Below the pieces are notes generated by a model, which saw only the letters and a list, made by a program, of their open reading frames with translations, ran no database searches and was not told the origin of the DNA. This document shows, piece after piece, positions 16,717-25,345 of a stretch of DNA of 34,259 nucleotides. The position numbers and the translations under genes are program-made. This stretch comes from Thermoproteota archaeon (GTDB lineage: Archaea > Korarchaeota > Korarchaeia > B14-G2). Within the stretch, counting starts at the first letter, position 1. Every line of letters starts with the position of its first letter. The stretch spans positions 1 through 34,259 of the forward strand of contig JAVCBW010000009.1 in assembly GCA_037917675.1 (NCBI GenBank), read 5' to 3'.

Positions 16717-16850
16717 CCTCAAGGTGGTTCAAGTAATTTTCCGTAGTATTCAACCACCTTGAGAGGGCCCTCCCGTTCCATCTGGCTCTATGAGCCAGAC
16801 TTCACCAGGGAGCGTTCGGGGGGAACGGAGCTCCCCACATCCTGACTTGT
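16717..16850 (-). ncRNA. Putative TnpB omega-RNA (right-end RNA) scaffold
   Basis: Overlaps the tnpB 3' end; stems CTCAAGGTGGTT/AACCACCTTGAG (16718-16729/16752-16763), TCTGGCTC/GAGCCAGA (16781-16799) and GGGAGC-GTTC..GAAC-GGA-GCTCCC (16808-16835). Confidence 0.6.
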
Positions 16851-17910
16851 AAAGGTTTAGAGTAGCTACGACATCTCTATCGAAGATTAAACCGCAATTC
16901 TTACACTTTAACAGCCTCTGCCCATTCGGGTTTAGTTTCGACTCACATATCGGGCAGAGGCCTGAAGCGTAGTTAGTCTTGAAATATCCGACTGGTAAAC
17001 CATTCCATTTAGCCTTATACTCCATGAAGAACTGCAATTTTCTGAAATTCCATCTGTTTAGCCTTCTTCTTATGCTTTTACCCTTTCTGTTGATTGATCT
17101 GTGTATGTACTTTAAGTTCTCCATTACTATCTTAGCGTTGTACTTACCGCTTCACGAATGATTATTGTTGACTTTGTGTAGATAATCTTCAACTCTTCTC
17201 TTTCCTCTCCCATAGTACTTTCTTAGGATTTTTCTCATCTTATGCAGTTTCTTGGCAAGTCTTCTTTGATTTTCTCCCTCTTCTTAGTGTTCATCGTGAA
17301 CTTCTTTCACTTTATAGAATATCCAGTCTTACTGTTTTAATGACCTCCCCATTCCTGAAAACCGAGTATGTAAATTTTTCTCGTTAACATCTATTGTCAT
17401 CACAGCTTCTGTATCTTTAAATTCGACCCCCTTCTTAAACGAAACTATGATGTGATCTCGTTTGATTATTATTTCACCAACGTCAAGTTCACCGCTCTTC
17501 CAAGCTTCAACGAACCTACGCTGGTACTCTCCTAAAACTAAGTTCACAGTTATCCAATCTCTCGGAGCAGTAGCAATCCTTATCTTATCACCTTCAAACT
17601 TGAAAATCACTTCTCCAAGCTTCACGAAATCTCTCTTAGCCTCTGGCTTTTCTCTGTCGGTCAAACCTTTCTTCTTTCTTTTCCTGAAGTTGTAGCAATC
17701 TTGCAGGCTGAATGGCTGTAGTGAGTGTGATACCTAGGATACCATCCCCTCTTCCACTCTTCGTAAACAGCTTTTCTAAGCTTAGCGTTAAGAAGTTACA
17801 CCAAGCTCCAAAGCTTTATCTATGCAAAATTCTATAATCTCTCTGAAATCTCTAAACAGCTCGTCTAAGCTCCCATAATATTTGAACTTAACAGACTTAA
17901 TTGCTTCCAT
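16750..17910 (-). pseudogene. tnpB: TnpB RNA-guided nuclease pseudogene (multiple frameshifts)
   Basis: MEAIKSVKFKY start at 17910; RuvC-I TIDVNE, RuvC-II IVMENL, LNRWNFRKLQFFMEYKA, Zn finger CPIC..CKNC, RuvC-III DRDVVATLNL, spread across several frames. Confidence 0.92.
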
Positions 17911-17980
17911 TCTCTTTCAGCTCCTTCTCAACAGTCCCTTTAAGCTTCTTAACCTCGTGACTTCTCATCCCATACAACTT
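17897..17980 (-). pseudogene. tnpA: C-terminal remnant of IS607 serine transposase
   Basis: Minus-strand frame reads KLYGMRSHEVKKLKGTVEKELKENGSN*, the characteristic IS607 TnpA tail, overlapping the tnpB ATG. Confidence 0.8.
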
Positions 17981-19445
17981 CAGCTACGATGTATCCATTG
18001 AACCTAGCTACAACTCTAGCTCTAGGGTCTCTTAGCACCAGTTGAGCCCTTCTCCCTGTGAGAACGAAGATGCCGCTCTTCCTTCCCTCTCTGATCTCCT
18101 TCTGAAGCTCCATGGTACTGACCTCCCTATACATCCCTGAGTCAGTCAGCCTGCCTGTAGTTAGGGTTATGTAGTCTGCTAGAGGGCCCATTGGTACATG
18201 TAGTATCTCTTCTTCAGGGATGTTATCAGATATCCACTTTGAAAGCTCTATTAGAGCTGGGTCGCTTAGGGAGAAGCCCCATGGGTCTCTGGCTTCAGCT
18301 CCAGAAGCTAGAGAGAGCTCAGCTATCAGAGGAGACCTACACTTCATGCCTTTAGCAGCCCATGGGATGCGTCCTGCCCCCGTGAGCACGAGTATGCTAG
18401 GCTCACATAGAGCTGACCCCAGAGCTAAGGCTAGTACTACTATAGCAGCTAGCCTCCTCCTCTTAGCTATCTCATCGAGGACTACAGCTGTAGCAAGCGC
18501 ATTCACCATGGGGGAGTGTAGCATATACCTTGAGCCATAGGTTAAGGCTATCAGGGTAAAGCCTACTGGAGCTGAAGCTGGAATTGAGTAAGCCCTCCTC
18601 CTACCTGTGAGAGCAGCTGAAGCCACAACACCAGCTGGAGTCAGTGTTAAGAGCAGTATGTTAGCTGACATAGCAGATGCAGCTAGCCTTATAGCATTGA
18701 ACCTGTCGACCATACTCAGATACTCGAGGTTTGCTGCAACGTGAGCTCCCCATGGGAGGTATAATGCTAAGGCTATGGCAGCTGATACGCCTAGGTCACG
18801 CCACAAGCTTTCACCATAGGCATATAGGATAGCAGCTTGCAGGAGCAGGCAAGCAAAGAATACTAGAGGGATCCCAAGGTGTAGGTATAGGACTACAGCG
18901 AGCAGGAGCCCTAGGGCAGCTCTCCTCCTAGCTAGGAGGAGGTAGGCTAGAGGAGGATAGAGGATGAGAGCTACTGCTGTTGGAGCCACTGAAACCTGCC
19001 ACATCCAGAAGTGAGCTGAGCTTGACAACAGGAGTATAGCTATCAGAGCTAGCCTAGGTGAGAAGAGCCTCCTTGAAACCAGGTAGAGTGAAGCCAGTGA
19101 GAGAGGATACTGAGCTACAGCGATAAGCCTCCCAACAGAGATGAAGTCAAGGCCTGTCGCAGCATGAAGCCACCAGATCAGTACATGAAGCAGTGGAGGA
19201 TAGAGGTTAGGCCTCCCAACTGGAGCATACTCATAGTAGTCCCAGAGGCAAACCTTACCATAGTCACTGAACATCTTTCCCATCAGCAAGTGGTATGGTG
19301 TGTCGAGACCTAGAGGGAGCTTACTCCAATCCAGCAGCAGTAGGCTAAGGTGGCTAGCTACAAGCACTATGGCAGCTAGGTCATACAGGCTAAGCTTAGC
19401 CCGTAGCCTACACCACCTGATAGCCTCACTCCCTACAACCATCAC
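17949..19445 (-). CDS. GT-C fold membrane glycosyltransferase-like protein (PMT/STT3-related N-terminus)
   Basis: GLDTPYH, YEYAPVGRPNLYPPLLH, many TM helices, soluble C-terminal domain (LSKWISDNIPEE). Confidence 0.65.
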   Translation of the reverse strand: MMVVGSEAIRWCRLRAKLSLYDLAAIVLVASHLSLLLLDWSKLPLGLDTPYHLLMGKMFSDYGKVCLWDYYEYAPVGRPNLYPPLLHVLIWWLHAATGLDFISVGRLIAVAQYPLSLASLYLVSRRLFSPRLALIAILLLSSSAHFWMWQVSVAPTAVALILYPPLAYLLLARRRAALGLLLAVVLYLHLGIPLVFFACLLLQAAILYAYGESLWRDLGVSAAIALALYLPWGAHVAANLEYLSMVDRFNAIRLAASAMSANILLLTLTPAGVVASAALTGRRRAYSIPASAPVGFTLIALTYGSRYMLHSPMVNALATAVVLDEIAKRRRLAAIVVLALALGSALCEPSILVLTGAGRIPWAAKGMKCRSPLIAELSLASGAEARDPWGFSLSDPALIELSKWISDNIPEEEILHVPMGPLADYITLTTGRLTDSGMYREVSTMELQKEIREGRKSGIFVLTGRRAQLVLRDPRARVVARFNGYIVAEVVWDEKSRG

Positions 19446-19754
19446 CTACACCCCTGAGCCCATGGAGCATAGCTAGCTTATAGACGCCACTATGAGCACC
19501 CTCGAGTGAAGTCTTTTAAGCCTTATGAACATAGGAGGCCATAGGGTTCGGAAACTGTAGCAGCAGTAGAGGAGGTCTAAGCTTACTTGAGCTGAGCACC
19601 AGCTGTAGGCGATGAGCGTGAGCTAGTGTCTACCATGCTCAAGCTGGCATGTAAGCCCTGAAGCTTGATAGCCTTCTCAACTGCAGGCAGCTGTAGTAGC
19701 TGAGCTAGACAGCGGCTTTTAAGTAACTAGGTAAGCTTATAACCTTGAGGTAAT

Positions 19755-22169
19755 GTGGTTTTAGGGTTCTACTTGAGAGCTCTAGCGCTGACAGTGCTGC
19801 TGCTCGCTGGGCTCCAGCCGACTCTTACAGTCAACCTAAGCTCTGGCAGCGTCTTCCCTGGCAGCAATGTGACCGTATATGCCTCACTTCCATCTAGCCT
19901 GCCAGCTGTGTTTGAAGCTTACCTCTACTATGATAGCCAGCTCATCTCTAAGGCTACAGCTACCTCGATGACTGGTGTAGCTCAGCTTACGCTGAGTGTG
20001 CCTAGTGAAGCAGAGCCAGGCGCCTATAGGGTTATTGTCACAGCTATAGCTGAGGGCATCAGAGCTAGCGGTGTAGCTAAGCTAACTGTAGCCCCCTCTT
20101 TCAGAGGCATAGCTGAGCTGGCTGCTAGAGCCTCCGTGGCCTCGTATAGAGCTGAGAAGCTAGCTGAAACGCTGAGCGGGTACCCTGAGGCTAGGAGGCT
20201 AGCTGAGATGAGAGAGCTTGTGCTTAGGGGGGTACACGAGCTCTTTGAAGCCTGCTCTCGTAAGGATGCTGAGGAGGCAGCTGCCCTCTATACTAGGGTG
20301 CAGAGGGACATAGAGAGGCTTGAGGGGGAGGTCAAGGAGGCTGGTGGAGCTAAGGCTACAGTCTGGAATGTAGCTAGACGCATAGACAACTCACTTGAGT
20401 TCAACCCAGCTATAGCATTCAGGTTCTGGGCTAGGCTAGCTACAGCCTCAACAATCCTCTTAGCCATGTTAGCTGTCCTATTCCCACTCTACTCCATAGG
20501 CCCCCTCACCTTTACAGTCCAGGTAGCCAGAGAGCTTGCTAGCAGAGGAGAGGATATCGATAGCATTGAGGTGGTGTCAGCTGTCGAGGAGAGAGCTGCC
20601 AGCGTACTTGAGCTAGCTTACTCCAAGATATCAGAGGGCTTGAATGCTAGAGGCCTCTCTACAACGGCTGTCGCAGCAGTCCTAGCTACAGTAGGGCTTC
20701 TAGCTGACAACATAGCTGCTGTCATAGGATCCATGCTCCTAGCTCCCCTAATGATAGTCTTCATAGCTGCTACAGTAGGGCTCTCACTGGTAGGCTTTAG
20801 GAGAGATGATGTAAGTGGTGAGCTCGTCTTCTATGCTGGAGTCAGAGCTGGGCTCATAGGTGTAGCTGTTGTCGTGCTGATATCATGGCTTACAGCTCTC
20901 ATATCAAAGGCCTTCGTCCCACTTAAGCTCACAGAGCAGCTTTCAGCTAGGGCAGCACCTAACCTAGCTGACTTCGGGATAGCTCTTGGAGCTGGGCTAG
21001 GAGGAGGCATAGCAGCTACTAGCAGGCGTGGAAGCGAGGCTCTAGTTGGAGCAGCTGTAGCCATAGCGCTAGTGCCACCTGCCTCAGCAGTCGGCTGTGG
21101 GCTAGCAATGCTGAACTCAAGCCTCCTACTTGGGTCAACAGCCCTCCTGACAACCAACATGATAGCCCTACTAGCATCAGGCTACCTGACAGCAAGGATG
21201 TATACAGTGTACCCTGTGCTCCAGCTTGTCTATGCTAGGCTAAAGAGGGAGGTCAGTGAAGCCTACAAGGGTGCTCCACCTGCCTCAGCTCTCCTAGCTT
21301 TCGCAACCCTCTTAGCTGAGATCCTCGAGCTAGCTCTGCTCTGGGTCAAGCTGTCAGCAGGAGTCACGGTCTCAAGAGGAGTCACTAGGGCTCTAACTGC
21401 CCTAGCTGAGAGGATAGCTAAGCTAGCTACCCCATTCATACTAGCTGTAGCAGCCTGGGCTCTGATATCAACCGAAGCATCATCATTCTTCTCAGCGCCC
21501 CTAGCCACCCTGTTCTCTGAGCTCTCTAGGCTTACATCAGCTCTTAATGCAAGATGGCTAGCATCTATCCTCGGGAGCTTTCCAACTGTGCTTATAGCTG
21601 TACTCCTGCTGACAGCTGGAGTCTTGAGGTGGGCTTCCTCAGCTAGGCAAGGCTCGAAGAAGAGCTTAGGGAAGCTCCTAGCTGGAGCAGCTCTCCTATG
21701 GGCCACTCTAGGATACATTCTTAGAGCACATAAGTACTCACATGTAGCAGCATCATACACACTAGCTCTAGCACTAGGGGTTGCTGTCTGGTCATCTAGG
21801 AGGCTCTGGAAAGCTAGAGGTAAGATAGCGGTATATGGCTTCCTCGTCTTCACCCTACTAACCCTGATGGCACACAGCACAGAAGCCTACCAGAGGCTAT
21901 ATCTCAGAGAGGTTGCAGCTGAGCTTGAAGCTAACATGATTATCAGAGAGGCGATAGCAGCCTATGCTGGGATCCCACCTGAGAGAGTTGAGGTCAATGT
22001 GGAGCCTACTCCACAAGGCTGGCTGGCTCAAGCCAGAGTCGCAGTAAGTGTCAGTGAGCTGAGCAGGCTTCAGCCAGCTGCCTTCAGTGAGGCAGAGCAG
22101 GCATCTGAGCTAGCCTTACAGCAAGACATCCAGCTTGAAGTAGAGTATAAGATTGTGCCAGGAGGATAG
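19755..22169 (+). CDS. DUF389 (TIGR00341-like) membrane protein fused to an N-terminal Ig-like/helical ectodomain
   Basis: ADNIAAVIGSMLLAPLM, LSARAAPNLADFGIALGAG, LVGAAVAIALVPPA; signal peptide plus VFPGSNVTV..VP..EPGAYRV Ig domain. Confidence 0.82.
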   Translation: MVLGFYLRALALTVLLLAGLQPTLTVNLSSGSVFPGSNVTVYASLPSSLPAVFEAYLYYDSQLISKATATSMTGVAQLTLSVPSEAEPGAYRVIVTAIAEGIRASGVAKLTVAPSFRGIAELAARASVASYRAEKLAETLSGYPEARRLAEMRELVLRGVHELFEACSRKDAEEAAALYTRVQRDIERLEGEVKEAGGAKATVWNVARRIDNSLEFNPAIAFRFWARLATASTILLAMLAVLFPLYSIGPLTFTVQVARELASRGEDIDSIEVVSAVEERAASVLELAYSKISEGLNARGLSTTAVAAVLATVGLLADNIAAVIGSMLLAPLMIVFIAATVGLSLVGFRRDDVSGELVFYAGVRAGLIGVAVVVLISWLTALISKAFVPLKLTEQLSARAAPNLADFGIALGAGLGGGIAATSRRGSEALVGAAVAIALVPPASAVGCGLAMLNSSLLLGSTALLTTNMIALLASGYLTARMYTVYPVLQLVYARLKREVSEAYKGAPPASALLAFATLLAEILELALLWVKLSAGVTVSRGVTRALTALAERIAKLATPFILAVAAWALISTEASSFFSAPLATLFSELSRLTSALNARWLASILGSFPTVLIAVLLLTAGVLRWASSARQGSKKSLGKLLAGAALLWATLGYILRAHKYSHVAASYTLALALGVAVWSSRRLWKARGKIAVYGFLVFTLLTLMAHSTEAYQRLYLREVAAELEANMIIREAIAAYAGIPPERVEVNVEPTPQGWLAQARVAVSVSELSRLQPAAFSEAEQASELALQQDIQLEVEYKIVPGG

Positions 22170-22170
22170 C

Positions 22171-22875
22171 ATGCTAGTAGACGCACACACGCACTTCCAT
22201 GAGATCCCACAACAGGAGAGATGCAAGTATAGTGGGATGTGGATAGTAGCTGTAGCAGATGACCTTGAAAGCTCACTTGAAACACTCAGGCTAAAAGGCA
22301 GCTACCTCGTGAAGTGCATCGGAATACACCCATGGAGCATCAGAGATGCAAGCTATAGCCACTTAGATGAGCTAGAGAGGATAGCTTATAGGAGCGAGGT
22401 AGATTGCATAGGTGAAGTCGGCCTAGATAGAAGGCGTAGAGGCTACAGCAGGCAGCTTGAGTTCTTTAGGAGGCAGGTGAAGCTTGCCATAGACCTCGGA
22501 GCCCCACTAAACCTCCATGCTCTAGATGCCTGGAGAGACGTCCTAAATGTACTAGACCACTATGGAGCTGAGAGAGCCCTATTCCACTGGTACTCTGGGC
22601 CTATCAGCCTCCTCCATGAGCTGGAGGAGAGAGGCTACTTCATATCAGTAAACCCATGTGTCAAATTCCAGAGGAAGCACATGCAGGCACTAGAGCAAGC
22701 CAGCCTAGAGATGCTGCTGACAGAGAGCGATGGCCCCTACCTCTACAGGGGAGTTAAACTTGAGCCAACGATGGTAAAGGAGAGCCTAAAGGCAATAGCT
22801 AGAGTGAAGGAGATAAGCTTAGCTGAAGCAGAGCAGGCTGTTGAAAGAAACCTCATGAGGTACCTTGGTAGATAG
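22171..22875 (+). CDS. tatD: TatD-family deoxyribonuclease
   Basis: MLVDAHTH, GIHPW, IGEVGLD, LNLH, FHWYSG, LTESDGPY. Confidence 0.93.
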   Translation: MLVDAHTHFHEIPQQERCKYSGMWIVAVADDLESSLETLRLKGSYLVKCIGIHPWSIRDASYSHLDELERIAYRSEVDCIGEVGLDRRRRGYSRQLEFFRRQVKLAIDLGAPLNLHALDAWRDVLNVLDHYGAERALFHWYSGPISLLHELEERGYFISVNPCVKFQRKHMQALEQASLEMLLTESDGPYLYRGVKLEPTMVKESLKAIARVKEISLAEAEQAVERNLMRYLGR

Positions 22876-22953
22876 CTTCATCAGCCTAACTGCATTCTGG
22901 TGGGATGAGGGCGACCTCGAGCCTAGGTAGCAGTGAGCTGAGGCCTCACTGGC

Positions 22954-23673
22954 CTAGAACTCACCTCTCTTAAGCATCTCAATGACCTCAGCTAGCCTAC
23001 TGACCACATACTCGAACACTTCCCTCCCCTTCTCCACACTGGCAGTCCTAGCTAGGCCAATAACACCTGTCCTCGCGTACTCACCTATAGTCTTCGCCTC
23101 AAACACCGGAGAAGCCTCTGGCATAGGCCCATCTACAATGCTCTCCTCATCTACGAGCTCAGGTGCCAAGTGCATCATTAGAGAAGCCTCCTCCGACCCG
23201 GCATGATGCCTCTCTTCAGCCTTGAAAAGCCTCAGCTCACCTGAGACACGCCACCAATCAGCTACCAAGACTGTCATACCGAGCTCCATCTTAGCCTCCA
23301 GGGCAAGCTCCCTTAAGACAGCAGAGTTACCTCCATGCCCATTCACAACCAGAAGCTTCCTCACACCCTGCTCCCAGAGGCTATAGAACAGGTCTCTCAA
23401 GTAGGCTTTAAAGACATCAGGTGAAACATAGACTGTACCAGGGAAATCCTTATGGTGAGCTGATACACCATATGGCAATGGAGCCAGCACCAAGACACCT
23501 GCTCTCTCAGCTACAGCCTCAGCTATCCTCCAGCTAGCCAGGTAGTCTGTTCCAGTTGGGAGAGCAGGCCCATGCTGCTCAACTGAGCCAACTGGAAGAA
23601 CCACTACATCACAGGCCTCCAGAGCCTCCTCCAGCTTCCTCCAGCTCTTCTCCCACCACCTCAACCCTACCAC
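22954..23673 (-). CDS. Creatininase / creatinine amidohydrolase family protein
   Basis: PVGSVEQHGPALPTGTD, YGVSAHHKDFPGT, VNGHGGN, HAGSEEAS. Confidence 0.92.
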   Translation of the reverse strand: MVGLRWWEKSWRKLEEALEACDVVVLPVGSVEQHGPALPTGTDYLASWRIAEAVAERAGVLVLAPLPYGVSAHHKDFPGTVYVSPDVFKAYLRDLFYSLWEQGVRKLLVVNGHGGNSAVLRELALEAKMELGMTVLVADWWRVSGELRLFKAEERHHAGSEEASLMMHLAPELVDEESIVDGPMPEASPVFEAKTIGEYARTGVIGLARTASVEKGREVFEYVVSRLAEVIEMLKRGEF

Positions 23674-23703
23674 CAGCTACAGCTATGTGAGCTGCAGCAA
23701 GCA

Positions 23704-23710
23704 TTATAAA
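23704..23710. promoter_or_regulatory. Shared TATA element between divergent genes
   Basis: TTATAAA about 30 nt from the creatininase start and about 40 nt from GTG 23751. Confidence 0.4.
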
Positions 23711-23750
23711 AACCTACTAGACCAGGCTGCCAGCTAGCAGGTGGCTGACT

Positions 23751-24086
23751 GTGGAAAGCCTACTAGCACTCTTAAGGTTCTGTTCAGCAGCATTTGGGCT
23801 CCTCATAATAGTCGGGATCCTAGAGCTCTTTTATGTAATAGCTGATGAAACGAGGTTCAGGGCAGCTAGAGCATACATATACCTGAAGATGCCTCAATTG
23901 AGGCTAGCCTTCCTCGTGCTGATGACTGGAGTCATCTTAGAGCTGATCGGTGGAGCTCTGATGATGCTAGCTTTGATGGACGCTCTACAGAGAGAGGAAA
24001 TAGCTCTAGCCGTCAATACAGCAGCCCACCTAACAGTCTTCCTAAGCCTCCAGCTCCTCTACTACATATTCTCAGGCAAGATATAA
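23751..24086 (+). CDS. Small membrane protein (3 TM), hypothetical
   Basis: Three hydrophobic helices; host-like codon use. Confidence 0.65.
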   Translation: MESLLALLRFCSAAFGLLIIVGILELFYVIADETRFRAARAYIYLKMPQLRLAFLVLMTGVILELIGGALMMLALMDALQREEIALAVNTAAHLTVFLSLQLLYYIFSGKI

Positions 24087-24276
24087 AGCACAGCTAGCTG
24101 CCTTCACTCAAAAGCCAGAGCTCACCAGCTGTAGAAAAAGAGAAGCTAAGCTGACCAGAGCCACCCTAGACAGCACTGACTACAGCAGAGAAGCCATCGA
24201 AGCCTTAAATCCTGTTGCTACCGACCCCCAATGAACTTCAGGTAAATTTAAATACTCTGGACAATCTACTTTGCCA

Positions 24277-24531
24277 GTGACATCCCTGAGTCAGTAGCTA
24301 TACTGAAGATAGGAAAGAAGGGAGCAGTATATATTCCCAAGCGCTTAATGGAGCTCCTAGACATCAGCGAAGGAGACTCCATAATCATGAAGGTTGAGGG
24401 GAATAAGCTAACCCTCGAGTTCATACCAGATCCCCTCCTGCTAGCTTTAAAGAGGCCAAAGTAGGCTAAAACTAGCGTAGAGGAGTTTGAGAGAGTCTGA
24501 AAGGGAGCAGAGTGATCTATATGGCTCTTAA
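24277..24531 (+). pseudogene. vapB: AbrB/MazE/SpoVT-type antitoxin pseudogene
   Basis: ILKIGKKGAVYIPKRLMELLDISEGDSIIMKVEGNKLTLEFIPDPL..K*AKTSVEEFE; premature TAG at 24462 (likely Trp TGG) and a slip in the GA run near 24490; TTTAAATA box at 24247. Confidence 0.85.
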
Positions 24532-24583
24532 AGTCCTCCTAGACTCAACCTACATTCTCCCCTCTACTGAGCAGGCTGCTTAG
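24521..24583 (+). pseudogene. vapC: Truncated VapC/PIN toxin N-terminus
   Basis: MALKVLLDSTYILP, overlapping the antitoxin end, stops after 20 codons. Confidence 0.75.
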
Positions 24584-24644
24584 AGGTGTTTTGGCGCCTT
24601 TCTGAGCTTGGGTAAGCTTTAATAGGTGGCTATGGTGGGTTTTT

Positions 24645-25345
24645 ATGCTGAGGGTTGCTGTTGCTGCTTGGTTTTGTGTGCTTGTCTTTATGCTGGCTTT
24701 ACCTTGGCTTGGCTGCTTTAGCTGTAGGGTTTCTGTTTCTGTTGAGGCTGATAAGGACTGTTTCTTCCTGGTGAGGTCGCTGAGCTCCATGTCAAGCTTA
24801 GTGGAGGAGGCTTTGCCTTCCTTAAGATTCTTGTGGAGGGGCCTGGGGGCAGCAGCTACAGCTACCCGCTTTACTACTGTATGGCTCCTGGCTCTGTCAA
24901 GCTGCTTTACAGGGTGCCTGATTGCTCTCGCTTTGATGTCTTTAAGGTTATGCTCTCGCTTACAGCGACCCTACTTTTGTGATGCTGGTTTCGCGGTGCT
25001 ATCGTGAGTTTAAGGTGTATGATGTGCTCTCAGCTGAGGGGGAGGTTGAGGACGCCTTCATAGATGTCAAGGTTCAGCTGGATAAGGGCTAGCGTCGAGG
25101 CCGGTGGGTCCTTTGCTGTCAGGGTTTCAGCTGAGAACACTGGTGAGCATGGAACCTATGTTGTAGCTGTTGTTAAGGCTGTGCGTGTTGTGAGGAGTGC
25201 TGGTAGGCTTATACCTAAGGAGAGGTATGTCGCTTTGGGTGCTAAGACTGGCTTCCTGAACCCCTGGGCTCTTTATCGTGCCATATCCCCTGGGATGCTG
25301 AGCCAGGAAAGTACAGGATCCTGGTGGACTTCTATACTAGCTTGC
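24645..25345 (+). pseudogene. Frameshifted secreted Ig-like/CARDB-domain protein
   Basis: Signal peptide, then VSVEADKDCF / LPGEVAELHVKL..VEGPGG / AYSDPTF..REFKVY..IDVKVQLDK / ASVEAGGSFAVRVSAENTG, requiring shifts near 24763, 24955 and 25087. Confidence 0.6.

Larger units (their letters stand above)
16717..17984 (-). mobile_element. Degenerate IS607-family element (left end and most of tnpA deleted)
   Basis: AT-rich island lacking the host AGCT bias; tnpA C-terminal remnant overlaps the tnpB start; structured right end finishing at a GG (cc 16717-16718), consistent with IS607 GG junctions. Boundaries approximate. Confidence 0.8.

Noticed and set aside
18131-24295. 16-bp repeat ACATCCCTGAGTCAGT at 18131 and 24280
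   Set aside because: One 16-mer match in 34 kb of biased sequence is plausible by chance, and one copy lies mid-gene.
24645-25007. 120-aa ORF as an intact membrane protein
   Set aside because: After about codon 40 the protein-like Ig sequence continues in another frame; treated as part of a pseudogene.
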